Shown piece by piece: positions 18,244 through 27,888 of a stretch of DNA of 64,000 nucleotides. The stretch is taken from NCBI GenBank assembly GCA_050290545.1, contig JBNKHV010000211.1, positions 13,463 to 77,462 of the forward strand, read 5' to 3'. Source of the DNA: Polyangiaceae bacterium (GTDB taxonomy: Bacteria > Myxococcota_A > Polyangia > Polyangiales > Polyangiaceae). The notes beneath the pieces are model-generated. The model saw only the letters and a list, made by a program, of their open reading frames with translations. It was not told where the DNA came from and made no database searches. The translations under genes were made by a program, and so were the position numbers. Within the stretch, counting starts at the first letter, position 1, and the number at the start of each line of letters is the position of its first letter.

Positions 18244-21200
18244 TCAGAGCTCCCGACAATCCCCGAAGAACTCACGGCGACCGAAAGAATGGGGCCGCGC
18301 CTGCTTGATCAGGAGCGAGCGGTCGCCGTCGCTCAGCTTGAACTCGATCTCCATCGCGAACCAGCGTGCCTCCTGCTCGGGGTCCAGCAAGGGCCGAAAC
18401 CACTCGTGCACACCGCGTAGCGCGCAGCTGACCGCGTCCGCCTCGGCGGCACTCAATACGCGATCCGGGCTGCCACTGAGTGTGGCGACCAGACTGCTTT
18501 CGCCGTGGTAGACGAGGCGCGGGGTGCGACCCCAGCGATAGACGAACTGCTCGGTGCTGACTCCTGGGGCCGGATTGGTCACGCTGGCCTCTCCGGCTTG
18601 CGCGTTGATGTAGTAGATGTCTCCGCGATCCGGATCGAGCACGTTGCGGCTCACGGCAACGCCGTTGGCCTCCTCCGACAGGGAGGCGGGGTGGACCAGC
18701 ACCCCCATCGCGATGCTCTCGTCATCGATGTTGGCGAAGGCCCGCTCGTCGTAGGCGCGCAGGTTCCACAGGCTCGCCCACACCGTTCGCAACGCGTCGT
18801 CGACGCGGCGCTCGGGATCGTCTAGCTCGGCACTGACCGAGGTGTACAAGCCAGCGCCATTGAAGTTCGGCAGGTCTTCTGTGTTGCTACTGCTGCGGAA
18901 ACGCACCCGGCGGTTTCCGAAGCGCTCCCTCACCGCCTCCTCCACATCGCTCAGCAGTTCGTCGTCGACGGGCGTCTGCATGATGAGTTCTCGCACGGCG
19001 GCCAGGCCGAGTGCCCGCGTCTTCGGATCGGCGACGAATCCGGCGTCTTGCTTCAGCTCATCGAGCAGTTCATCTGCCCCGCTGGCCTTCAGGTGCTCGA
19101 GGGAGTGCACCACGGGAATGGCGAAGGGCTGGGCCGGGATCGTCGGGCGCACCGGCTCGCTACAGTAGGAGACGGTGATGTCGATGCGGGCGAGTTCGGC
19201 CATTTGCGCGGCCTTGGCGCCGATCGCCGGCAAGCTCGACAAGTCGTGATCGCTGAGAGGTTGAACGCCCCGTAGCTTCTTGTCGAGACGCGGGGCGACT
19301 GCGGGGCCTTGCTGAACGCGCTGTTGCCAGAACGCGGCCGCTTCTTCGGGGTCAGCCAGTTCGACGTCGACGCCGGTCGCGGATACTTCCAGCCGCACCA
19401 ACTCGTCCAAGTAGGGTGCGAGGCGCTCACGGGCGTTTGCCAGACTGGCGTTCGGCGTGCCGCGATTTTGGCTCAGTACGTTGACGTGCGCCAAGGGCGT
19501 TTGAAAGGCTTCGGTGATCAGACCGCCGACCAAGGGAATGTCGTTGGGTACGTCATCCGTGATGACGACGACGTTCGAACCGAGTGCTGCGTCCTCGAGT
19601 GCAGACGCAGTGACGAAGCGCAGGGTGCCGTAGGCGATGCCTTCCGTCAGTGGCTGATAGGTGACGTTCATGAACGGCGCGTTGGGCGCCACGATGGGAA
19701 GCGTGCCCTCGATTTCACGGACGCGCATGACTTGAGCGTCACCTTGCGGGCGCAGTACCCAACGTCGAGGGTTCCAGGTGTGTTCGATGGTCGAGTAGTA
19801 GCCATCGCGCATCGCGGCTGCATCGATGGAATCACCGGTCGAAAACTCGACCGACGCGATACCTGCTCCAGCATGTTCGACCAACGTGCCGAGGTGAAAG
19901 CGCCGACCGCTCGTGGCGCGATATTCCGCGTTCGAGAAGTCGACCCAGCCTTGATAGAACTCGTCGTACTGGACCGGGTCGCAGCGATCGAGCTCGGGCT
20001 CCTCGTAAATCCGCTCGCGCACGAACGTGTAGTGTAGCGGCCAGCGCGCTGCGGCCAGAAGGTGCACGAGCCCCGGTGCCTCGAAGTCGGCGACGAACTT
20101 CACGGGCGCAATCCCGAGTTGGCTGGCGCCAGCGGCGAGCTTTTCGAAGTCGGCGGGTGTTCGCAGCGCTCGGAGGCGGTCACCGATGTCGCGCTCGGCG
20201 ACCACCTCACAACCATTGGCGGCTGCTGGCGTTGCGTTGCGGCAGAAGCGCGACAAAACGGAGTCGTCTGGCACGCGGGCGAGCGTCGCCCCTTCTGGCC
20301 AGCGCATGAAGTCGACCCGGTCCAATACCTCGCCCTCATCGAAGAGCGTCAATACTCCCTCGAACTCGGGATCCGACTCGAGCTCACTCAGTACATCGCT
20401 CGGAACCTCGAGCGCAACACGTTCACCAGGCGCTAGCGTCTCGTCGGGGGGCAGCACGAGGTTCGTGCCATCTGCTGTCGTCGGCCACGGTAGAGACGGC
20501 TTGTGGGGGCTCAGGTTCAGCTGAAACTCCTCCAGAGACACCTCTGACTGGCCAGCGTTGAGCAGTTCGATGAACGCCGGCTCGTTCGTCCCGGGTCGCA
20601 GCGCGAGTTCGCTGATCCAAAGTGTCTTGGCGGTTGGGGGAAACGGGTCGGGTAACTCGTAGGCTTCGAATTCGACGTCGGACTCGAGACTCGGTGGTGG
20701 AGGCGGCGCGCAAGTGGTTGCGTTGCGCCGCCCCGGTGATGCGTAGCGACACGATTCGAAGTTGCCGGCGGCATCTGGAAAGCGCGCCAGCACCTGGTTT
20801 TGTCCGAGCGGCGGGATCACGACCGCGTCAGTGACGAAGCCGTCCGTTTCGAGCCACACTTCGTCGCCCGAGGAGCTGAGTTTGAAGGGGAGGTGGTGTT
20901 CACCTTGTTCTGGTTCGTCGTCGGCAAACACGAGCAGGCGTTGCCCTGGGTTCAACGTGCCGTTGGGCAGACGAGACGTCGCGCCCGATGCGTCCGCGAT
21001 TCGGTAGTCCGACAGCTCCAATGGCGCCTCGCCTGCGTTCACCAATTCCAGCCAGTCGTCCGCCTCGCCCAATTCGTCGATCCAGGCGCCGTCGTTGCTG
21101 GCCATCAATTCGTTGATGAGCAAAGGCCCTGCGCCGGGTGAACCTGCATCCGACCGACCCGCGTCGCTGTTTGAGGGGGAGGTCGGGGTGGTGGGTGGGG

Positions 21201-21450
21201 CTCCGGCGTCCGACACCTCCGGTGGCGTCGGGGACGACGCAGCGTCGCGCTCTGGGCCCGCGTCCGCCGAGTCTGGCATCAGTACCTTCAAGGGCACGCT
21301 TGGGGCGCGGCCGCCGTCCTGCTCCCGTTCACCCGCGCTGTCACGGTTTGTGCCACACGCAGTGAATGCCGTGGCACAGAACGCCGCCAGCGCGAAGCTC
21401 GCCCAGCAGCCGTGATTCCCAAGCGATAGTGGGGACTTCTCGCGCTTCAT
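18244..21450 (-). CDS. large lipoprotein: 2x lamin-tail domain (LTD) plus PEP-utilizing-enzyme mobile domain plus PPDK_N-type ATP/PEP-binding domain
   Basis: ATG at 21450 gives MKREKSPLSLGNHGCWASFALAAFCATAFTACG (lipobox). Two LTD-like repeats (LLINELMASNDGAWIDELGEADDWLELVNAGEAPLELSDYRI and LWISELALRPGTNEPAFIELLNAG). A His-containing segment TPLAHVNVLSQNRGTPNA resembles the phosphohistidine swivel domain. Then RVRFRSSSNTEDLPNFNGAGLYTSV matches the PPDK_N / PEP-synthase ATP-grasp signature (RSSAxxEDLPxxSFAGQ). Confidence 0.8.
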   Translation of the reverse strand: MKREKSPLSLGNHGCWASFALAAFCATAFTACGTNRDSAGEREQDGGRAPSVPLKVLMPDSADAGPERDAASSPTPPEVSDAGAPPTTPTSPSNSDAGRSDAGSPGAGPLLINELMASNDGAWIDELGEADDWLELVNAGEAPLELSDYRIADASGATSRLPNGTLNPGQRLLVFADDEPEQGEHHLPFKLSSSGDEVWLETDGFVTDAVVIPPLGQNQVLARFPDAAGNFESCRYASPGRRNATTCAPPPPPSLESDVEFEAYELPDPFPPTAKTLWISELALRPGTNEPAFIELLNAGQSEVSLEEFQLNLSPHKPSLPWPTTADGTNLVLPPDETLAPGERVALEVPSDVLSELESDPEFEGVLTLFDEGEVLDRVDFMRWPEGATLARVPDDSVLSRFCRNATPAAANGCEVVAERDIGDRLRALRTPADFEKLAAGASQLGIAPVKFVADFEAPGLVHLLAAARWPLHYTFVRERIYEEPELDRCDPVQYDEFYQGWVDFSNAEYRATSGRRFHLGTLVEHAGAGIASVEFSTGDSIDAAAMRDGYYSTIEHTWNPRRWVLRPQGDAQVMRVREIEGTLPIVAPNAPFMNVTYQPLTEGIAYGTLRFVTASALEDAALGSNVVVITDDVPNDIPLVGGLITEAFQTPLAHVNVLSQNRGTPNASLANARERLAPYLDELVRLEVSATGVDVELADPEEAAAFWQQRVQQGPAVAPRLDKKLRGVQPLSDHDLSSLPAIGAKAAQMAELARIDITVSYCSEPVRPTIPAQPFAIPVVHSLEHLKASGADELLDELKQDAGFVADPKTRALGLAAVRELIMQTPVDDELLSDVEEAVRERFGNRRVRFRSSSNTEDLPNFNGAGLYTSVSAELDDPERRVDDALRTVWASLWNLRAYDERAFANIDDESIAMGVLVHPASLSEEANGVAVSRNVLDPDRGDIYYINAQAGEASVTNPAPGVSTEQFVYRWGRTPRLVYHGESSLVATLSGSPDRVLSAAEADAVSCALRGVHEWFRPLLDPEQEARWFAMEIEFKLSDGDRSLLIKQARPHSFGRREFFGDCREL

Positions 21451-21575
21451 GTGGGGAGGGAGCGACGTGGATTCAGACATCGAATGGTCCATCTACAAGC
21501 ACCGTGCCAAGCGGGTCCTGTTCGTGGGGGGCGCCGATGCGCAAGAGTGTTGACGGACAGCTAGAGGTGGCGGGG

Positions 21576-22502
21576 CTACTCCGTGGGTCGCCCGATCGCG
21601 ATTTGGGTCTCGAAGGTGCGCCAGCGCAGGCCCGCCCAGCCGTACGCCGTCGGTTCACCCGTGTCCGGGTCACTCAGTAACAAGATCGTGCCGAATCCGA
21701 AGCCGTCGTGATTCGTGCGCGTGTCCTCGTCGTGGAGCAACCGGGACGAGTCCGCGATTCGGACGAGGTAAGCGTTGTCGTATCCTGGCACGGCAACCGG
21801 CGGCAGGAGGATGAAGGCAACGTGGCCGGTGTTGCGAGACTGAATGATGTCCGGCTTCACCCAAGCCACGACGTCCCCCGCTCGAGCGTCGGCGACGCGT
21901 TGGACGCGACGCCAGCCAAACCGCTCTTTGCCCGCCGGGACGGAAGCGATGCGACGGTAGAAGTCTCGCGCGAGTGGGCGGTGTGGCAGCTTGTAGGCAC
22001 TGGCCGCTGCGGCTCGGGGGGCGGCGCGGCGCAAAACCCATTGAGTCATGCCCGAACAATCGAAGGCATACATGCCCTGCTCCTCATCGACTCGGATCAT
22101 CGACGAGTAGCCTCCCGAGCGCCGGTTCTCGTGGATCCCACGCAGGGTCACCATCACGTTGTTCGCTTGCCACGGTACGGGCAGATCGCTCAGCCGCGGC
22201 GCGTTTGGTGCACTCGACGAATGGGTTTGGAGGCTTCGCTGGGTGGCGCCGACCCTGTTTGCATCGTTGCTTTCAGCAGGGTCCGGGACATTGCGGTCGT
22301 ATGCGACGACTGTGGGCGCCACGTGTCCGGGCTCGTGTTCCTGAGGCCCGGCGCAGCCGACGAGCCTGGTGCCGATGGCGACCGCGGACGCGACGAGGCA
22401 GGCGCGGCTGGGGACGTAGTGAGGGATGGGGTTGGGGAGCTGCACGCCTGGATTTGACTGAGTGGAGGCGGTGTTCTTGGGTGAGAGGCTGTCGATGGGC
22501 AC
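21576..22502 (-). CDS. NlpC/P60-like (papain-fold) lipoprotein
   Basis: The hydrophobic segment LVASAVAIGTRLVGCAGP supplies the lipobox. The catalytic-Cys-like motif MYAFDCSGMTQWVL resembles the NlpC/P60 YDCSGLVQ motif. A 10-nt gap to the next minus gene suggests an operon. Confidence 0.6.
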   Translation of the reverse strand: MPIDSLSPKNTASTQSNPGVQLPNPIPHYVPSRACLVASAVAIGTRLVGCAGPQEHEPGHVAPTVVAYDRNVPDPAESNDANRVGATQRSLQTHSSSAPNAPRLSDLPVPWQANNVMVTLRGIHENRRSGGYSSMIRVDEEQGMYAFDCSGMTQWVLRRAAPRAAAASAYKLPHRPLARDFYRRIASVPAGKERFGWRRVQRVADARAGDVVAWVKPDIIQSRNTGHVAFILLPPVAVPGYDNAYLVRIADSSRLLHDEDTRTNHDGFGFGTILLLSDPDTGEPTAYGWAGLRWRTFETQIAIGRPTE

Positions 22503-22511
22503 TCCCTCTGG

Positions 22512-23510
22512 CTAAGGTAGCAGGAAGGTGTCGCTCGCGGGGACATCGAGCTGTCCAAAAGGGCCGTAGCCCCAGCACTCGATGCTACCGTTCGCGTGCA
22601 GCGCGCAAGTCGTCGCGTTTGCTGCGATCACTTCGCGAAAGTCGTCGTCGAATACGAGGCGAGCTTGACCGCTTTCGTTGTAGCCCCAGCAGCGCAAGCT
22701 GCCGTCGCAGCGCAGCCCACAGCTGTGCGCTCCAGTGGATGCGAGTTGGGCGAAGTCCGTCACGTCGGAAGGGACTTGGGTCCTGCCGTCGTTCGGCGAG
22801 CCCCAGCAAAAGGCGCCTCCACCGTTGCGCAGAGCACACACGTGCGCCAGGCTGGTAACGACCTGCACGACATCGCCGGGCTCTTCACTCGGTGTCAACG
22901 TTTCGAAGCGATCGCTGCCCCAACATACGACGGTGGCGTTTTCCTGGAGGCCACACGTGTAGTCGAAGCCGGCTGAGATGCGCGCGAAGGATTCGCCCTC
23001 TGGTGGATCGAGTTGCCCCAGGCTGTTATCGCCCCAGCACGTCAGGCTACCGTCCGCGAACAGTCCGCAGCTGTGGCTCGCTCCGGCAGAGACCTGGACG
23101 AACTCTTGGTCGACGGAGGGCACATCGGCTTGTCGTGCCTCGTTGGCGCCCCAGCAGAACACCTCGCCCCCGCGACGCAAGCCGCAAGTGTGTCTCAGTG
23201 AGGCGCTCAACGACACGAAGTCCGTCACTTCCAGCGGCGCCTCCAGTTGCCCGTCGTCGTTACCTCCCCAGCACACCACGTCGCCCTGCTCGCGGATCGC
23301 ACAGATGTGCTCGCTTCCTCCTGCCAGCGTCGAGTTTCGTGGCGCTCGCGCGCAGCTGGTGGCCTCAGCTCGATTTGCGAGCCCCCCGGTCCCCGTCCTG
23401 CCGCCCGTCGAGTGCGCAATGTCTACTTCCGAGCGCGCGCCACAGCCCAAACCGACGAGCCCGAGTAGACTAGTCATCAGCAGCGGGCAGCGACGTGTCG
23501 AAAGCTGCAT
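22512..23510 (-). CDS. RCC1-repeat (beta-propeller) lipoprotein
   Basis: Start MQLSTRRCPLLMTSLLGLVGLGCGARSE (lipobox). Six or seven repeats of the form ..H(T/S)CGL..DG...CWG.N..GQL, classic RCC1/ATS1 repeats. Confidence 0.8.
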   Translation of the reverse strand: MQLSTRRCPLLMTSLLGLVGLGCGARSEVDIAHSTGGRTGTGGLANRAEATSCARAPRNSTLAGGSEHICAIREQGDVVCWGGNDDGQLEAPLEVTDFVSLSASLRHTCGLRRGGEVFCWGANEARQADVPSVDQEFVQVSAGASHSCGLFADGSLTCWGDNSLGQLDPPEGESFARISAGFDYTCGLQENATVVCWGSDRFETLTPSEEPGDVVQVVTSLAHVCALRNGGGAFCWGSPNDGRTQVPSDVTDFAQLASTGAHSCGLRCDGSLRCWGYNESGQARLVFDDDFREVIAANATTCALHANGSIECWGYGPFGQLDVPASDTFLLP

Positions 23511-23739
23511 TGGGATTGGAGTATACACACCAGGTCACTGTCTCCTTCTCGCGAGTGACTGTGCCATCGCCGCATCGCACTACGACGTACGCGGGGCCCG
23601 CACATTACCCCTGGGGCATACGTTTTCAGCCTTCGAGCAAGGCGCCGAGCATCTTGGCTCCAGCGAATCGCACGCCTGTTCACCCGCGTCCGCGTGTGTC
23701 AGAGTCACGGCTCCATTGGTATCGTCAGAGAGGTTCATC

Positions 23740-24984
23740 ATGAAAAGCCCCGTCTCACTCACGTTCGTGTCGTTGGGAGCGTTTGCACTCTCGGTTTCAG
23801 CCTGTGGCGATGACACCACCAAAGACGCATCCCAGGCCGCGACGACCGTTTCGAGCCCGGGGGCCAACTCCAGTGCTGGCGGGCCAAGCTCGACGGCACC
23901 GGGCGCGGGTTCGTCCACGGCCACGCCGAATCCAAGCGGGGTATCTTCAACGGCGGATACGAGTGGGCAGGCTGCCACGTCGGAACCTGTAGCGACGGCC
24001 AGTGCGACCCCCGACCCGACCACGAGCGGTGACGGTAGTTCGGATGGACCCGGTGATCCCGCTCCGGAAATGGACGGTGCGGGGGGCTCGATGGCTGCGG
24101 GCGCCGGAGGCAGTCCCACCGAACCCATGGGCATGGGTGGTGACATGGGCGCTGGTGGCGATGGCCCGGGTGGTGCGGATGAGCCGGCGGCAGGTGGTGC
24201 TGGCGGCGCGGGCGAAACACCTGAGGAGGGGATGCCTTCGGGTGGCGACGCCACTCCCAGCGCCGGCTGCGGCATGGACACGGGTCAGCAAACCGGTAGC
24301 TGGGTCGAGAGCCAGGTGATGACTGACGGCGGCAATCGTCCCTACTCGGTGTGGTTGCCGGACGGCTACGATCCGATGCGTGCCTATCCGGTGATCGGCT
24401 TGCTGCACGGTTGTGGCAGCGGCACGAACAACCTGCCCATGGAGCGTCAGACAGGGAGCGACGCGATCTTGTTTCGCGGCACGGGCTCCGCCGCCGACAC
24501 CTGTTGGGATTCGGGTGCCAACGGCGCTGACGTTGCTTTCGTCGACGCCATGATCGCTGACGTTCAGGCACGTTTCTGTACGGACACGAGCCGCTTCTTC
24601 GCCGTGGGATATAGCAGCGGCTCCTGGTTAGCCGATCAGCTCGCGTGCATCCGTGCCGACGTATTGCGAGGGATCGCCACCGTAGCCGGCGGCAACCCGG
24701 GCGTCAGAAACTGCACCGGACCCATCGCGCAGATCTTCGTGCACGACACGATGGACAACAGCAACGGGATCAACGGCAGCGAAAGTGCTCGCGATCGGGT
24801 GCTGATGGAGAACAACTGCGATACGTCCATCGAGCCCGTACCGGAAGATCCGTCGCCGTGCGTGCGCTATCAGGGTTGTGATCCCGGATACCCCGTCGTC
24901 TGGTGCGCGACGACAGGAGAGGGCCACAACCGCCAAGACAACCTGGCCGCGCCCGCGTTCTGGAACTTCTTCCAGGAGTTCTGA
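23740..24984 (+). CDS. secreted esterase lipoprotein, PHB-depolymerase/LpqC-like (paralog class of 6486-7808)
   Basis: ATG at 23740 gives MKSPVSLTFVSLGAFALSVSACGDD (lipobox). A Ser/Thr/Gly/Ala-rich linker precedes a catalytic domain with VIGLLHGCGSG and the GxSxG motif FAVGYSSGSW. Cys pairs suggest an extracytoplasmic location. The 5' part of the track ORF (22978-23739) overlaps the RCC1 gene and is not coding. Confidence 0.8.
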   Translation: MKSPVSLTFVSLGAFALSVSACGDDTTKDASQAATTVSSPGANSSAGGPSSTAPGAGSSTATPNPSGVSSTADTSGQAATSEPVATASATPDPTTSGDGSSDGPGDPAPEMDGAGGSMAAGAGGSPTEPMGMGGDMGAGGDGPGGADEPAAGGAGGAGETPEEGMPSGGDATPSAGCGMDTGQQTGSWVESQVMTDGGNRPYSVWLPDGYDPMRAYPVIGLLHGCGSGTNNLPMERQTGSDAILFRGTGSAADTCWDSGANGADVAFVDAMIADVQARFCTDTSRFFAVGYSSGSWLADQLACIRADVLRGIATVAGGNPGVRNCTGPIAQIFVHDTMDNSNGINGSESARDRVLMENNCDTSIEPVPEDPSPCVRYQGCDPGYPVVWCATTGEGHNRQDNLAAPAFWNFFQEF

Positions 24985-25008
24985 GCAGCGCGTGACGTTC
25001 GTTTGCTC

Positions 25009-25905
25009 TCAGCTGAACAGCGATTCAGCGAGGCGGTCGAATACGATGCGCATGCGTCGGCTCGAGCGAAGCTCGCGGTGAGTGAGTAACCACGTGGGCA
25101 GTGTGAGCGGCGGAGGCACCTCGGGTAGTACTCTGGTGACCGTTGGCTCGGCGTCGCCCACTTCCTCCATCATGATGCAAATCCCCATCCCGCGTTTGGC
25201 CATCTCCCATTGGACGAGGTGGTCTTCGGTGCGAACGGGGAAGTTGCCCTCGGCGAATCGATAGCCCTGAGCGTTGAGCATGGTGCGCAGGCGCGGCGAA
25301 TCGTCGAAGCCGAATATCTGGGCCTTCTCCGATAGCTCGGTTTGGGTCTTCGGGTTTCCGATGCGCGTCAAGTACTCGGGAGTCGCGTACATCCAAGCGG
25401 AGCTTTCTGCCTTGAGCTGCTTCGCGATCAAGTCGCCGTCGTCGGGGCGGAAGTGGCGTACGGCGATGTCCGCGTCGCGGCGGCGCAGATCGCTCGCCCT
25501 GTTGGAGACGACCAACTCGACGTCGATGCCCGGGTGCTCGCTGCGAAGTGCCTCGACGATCGGCGAGACCAAGTAGGCCGCGACAGCCTGACTGGCCGCG
25601 ATACGCACCAGGCCGTCCACGGCAGTGGCTTTGCCTGCTGCTCCCAGCGATACGCGGGATGCGGCTTCCCCCATCTCTCGAACGTGCTCGAGCAGCTCCA
25701 GACCGTTGGCGGTGAGTTCTAGGTGGTTGCCAATGCGAGTGAACAGGGCGACACCAAGCTCCTCCTCGAGGGCCGTCACCTGGCGGCCGAGGGTGGGCTG
25801 GGTGAGTCCGAGCGCTCGGGCTGCGGCGGACAGCGAGCCCTCTTCCGCGGTCACCAGGAAGGCCCGGGCGCGGTTCCAATCGAAGGCGACGGATCTCCAG
25901 CTCAT
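25009..25905 (-). CDS. LysR-family transcriptional regulator
   Basis: N-terminal HTH (FLVTAEEGSLSAAARALGLTQPTLGRQVTALEEELGVALFTR) and a C-terminal LysR substrate-binding domain. It is divergent from the NmrA-like gene, a classic LysR arrangement. Confidence 0.9.
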   Translation of the reverse strand: MSWRSVAFDWNRARAFLVTAEEGSLSAAARALGLTQPTLGRQVTALEEELGVALFTRIGNHLELTANGLELLEHVREMGEAASRVSLGAAGKATAVDGLVRIAASQAVAAYLVSPIVEALRSEHPGIDVELVVSNRASDLRRRDADIAVRHFRPDDGDLIAKQLKAESSAWMYATPEYLTRIGNPKTQTELSEKAQIFGFDDSPRLRTMLNAQGYRFAEGNFPVRTEDHLVQWEMAKRGMGICIMMEEVGDAEPTVTRVLPEVPPPLTLPTWLLTHRELRSSRRMRIVFDRLAESLFS

Positions 25906-26035
25906 GCGAATATGCATATCCGTGATTCAGATTTGGTCAATCGATCAAACGCATGTGCATGGCTAGAACCAGGGTGTTGCCGGCGGAAAGGCGCACCGCG
26001 GCACCGCTCACCGATGCGCCGACTAAGAGGAAATC

Positions 26036-26782
26036 ATGAGAGTTTGCATCGTAGGGGCCGCGGGGAAGCTGGGCCGGTACATGGTTCAGCACGCGTTGGA
26101 CCAAGGCCACGAGGTGGTCGGTGTGTGCCGCCCGCAAAGTGTGTCCAAGCTGGCGAGCTTCGGAAGCCGCATCACCGTCGTTCCCGGGCACACCAACGAC
26201 CGCGAGGTGATCGAGCGAGCAGTGAGGGGTTGTGACGCGGTGCTCACGGTGCTCGTTCCGATGGGCGTCGATGCCTATGCTTCCGGCACCGCTCGAGCCG
26301 TGCTCGATTTCGCCGAGCTCGACGCGCGTTTGGTGTTCTCCTGTGGCTGGCACATCTCGCTCGACGGCAAAGACGTCTACACTCGGAAGTTGCTCACCTT
26401 CGTCAGGGTCTTCGGATTCTTGGCGCGCCTTCTTCGATTCGCGGATCTCGACGACCAAGTGGAGGCGACGCGCCGCATCTTCGCTAGCGACCGTCGCTGG
26501 ACTGTCGTCCGCGGTTCCGATCTCGAAGAGGGGCCGAGCCAAGGACTACCGGTGTGGAGTGACCACGTGGGGGATCCGATCTTGGCCAGCAACCTCACTC
26601 GGCGGACCGATTTTGCGCTCTTCATGGTCCAGGCCCTGAGCAACGACGAGCTCGTTCATCGCGCGCCCGCCATCAACGGCCTTCAAACCCCTTCGGCGCT
26701 CGCACACCAACCTCCGGCACTGCCCCCTTCGGGGCGCGAACCCTCCGCGGTGCGCCAGGAGTCGCCGCTGAGGGTTGCCTGA
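26036..26782 (+). CDS. NAD(P)-binding NmrA-like / atypical SDR protein
   Basis: Rossmann motif MRVCIVGAAGKLGRYMV at the N-terminus, then HEVVGVCR. Size and layout match the NmrA/NAD(P)H-binding family. Confidence 0.8.
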   Translation: MRVCIVGAAGKLGRYMVQHALDQGHEVVGVCRPQSVSKLASFGSRITVVPGHTNDREVIERAVRGCDAVLTVLVPMGVDAYASGTARAVLDFAELDARLVFSCGWHISLDGKDVYTRKLLTFVRVFGFLARLLRFADLDDQVEATRRIFASDRRWTVVRGSDLEEGPSQGLPVWSDHVGDPILASNLTRRTDFALFMVQALSNDELVHRAPAINGLQTPSALAHQPPALPPSGREPSAVRQESPLRVA

Positions 26783-26802
26783 GGGCGAGGTCGGACTCGG
26801 AA

Positions 26803-27558
26803 ATGGAGAGCACCATGACAATCAGGAATTCAACCCCCAGCCACCCAATTCCCACACATGCTTGGATCCCCGGCGTTGCCGGAGTCTTGTACCTCGTCAT
26901 CATCGTGTGCGGGGTTTGGAGCGATGGCTTCGTTCGCTCGCAGCTGATCGTCGCGGGCGATGCGCAGCAAACTGCCGCCAACATCCTCGAAGCCGAGTCG
27001 CTATTTCGCCTGAGCTTCTTCGCCGATTCGCTCATGGTCTTGTGCGACGTCGGACTCGCCGTGCTGCTGTTCGAGTTGCTACGCGGCGTCAGTGCGCCGA
27101 TTGCGGCGTTGGCAACCGCATTTCGAGTGACTCAGGCCGCAGTGTTGGGTCTCAATCTGCTCAACCAGCACCTATCACTCTCACTGCTGACGGGCACACA
27201 CGCCCTCGACGTCCAGACGCGCAACGCTCTGGCGCTGCTCTTTGCCGAGGCCCAGGGCTACGGTTACGATCTCGGACTGCTCTTCTTCGGGATCAACTGC
27301 GTGCTCACCGGCATTGTCGTGTTCTGCTCGGGCTTTGCACCGCGTTGGATAGGGGTTCTGGTGGCTGCCTCGGGACCAGTCTATTTGATTGGCAGCAGCC
27401 TTCGATTCCTCTCACCTGAGATTGCAGAAGGCTTTCAGAGGGCCTACATGCTGCCGCTGGTCGCAGAAACGGCGTTTTGCCTCTGGTTGCTCGTCGCGGG
27501 CTATGTGGCGCGTTCTGCCCCGTCCGTGGCAGCGGACGACGCCATCGCTGGCGCGTGA
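26803..27558 (+). CDS. DUF4386-family integral membrane protein
   Basis: Five or six hydrophobic segments. The overall pattern (AGVLYLVIIVCGVWSDGFVRSQLIVAGDAQQTAANI.., C-terminal YMLPLVAETAFCLWLLVAG) resembles DUF4386 proteins. It follows the NmrA-like gene after 20 nt. Confidence 0.75.
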   Translation: MESTMTIRNSTPSHPIPTHAWIPGVAGVLYLVIIVCGVWSDGFVRSQLIVAGDAQQTAANILEAESLFRLSFFADSLMVLCDVGLAVLLFELLRGVSAPIAALATAFRVTQAAVLGLNLLNQHLSLSLLTGTHALDVQTRNALALLFAEAQGYGYDLGLLFFGINCVLTGIVVFCSGFAPRWIGVLVAASGPVYLIGSSLRFLSPEIAEGFQRAYMLPLVAETAFCLWLLVAGYVARSAPSVAADDAIAGA

Positions 27559-27888
27559 CGTGCAAATGGTAGCGGGTGAGGCAGGAGCGCTGGCGCGTGC
27601 GACGCGGGTGCACGTCGTAACGTGCCGCTGTCGGCGCAGCAGCAAGCCTTGGCGTCGTTACAGGTGCTCGTCGAAGAAGCTGCGGATCTCGTCGCCGGCC
27701 AAACACGTCCACAAGTCCGGGTCGTGGGTTGGAGTGTCGTGCTGACAGAACCGCAGCGTACGGTCGAGTTCGGTGACCCGAGTCCCGCCTGTCGGGGCAT
27801 CGCTGTGTACGCTCCGTTCCGAGTCCAACGAGCCTTGCGCTGGCGTCTGGCGGCCAAATGAGCGAGCACGATTGTCGCGCTCGCTCAT

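Noticed and set aside
22978-23739. 254-aa N-terminal extension of the esterase ORF
   Set aside because: It lies antisense to the RCC1-repeat gene and has a Pro/Ser/Arg-rich junk composition. The ATG at 23740 gives a canonical signal plus lipobox.
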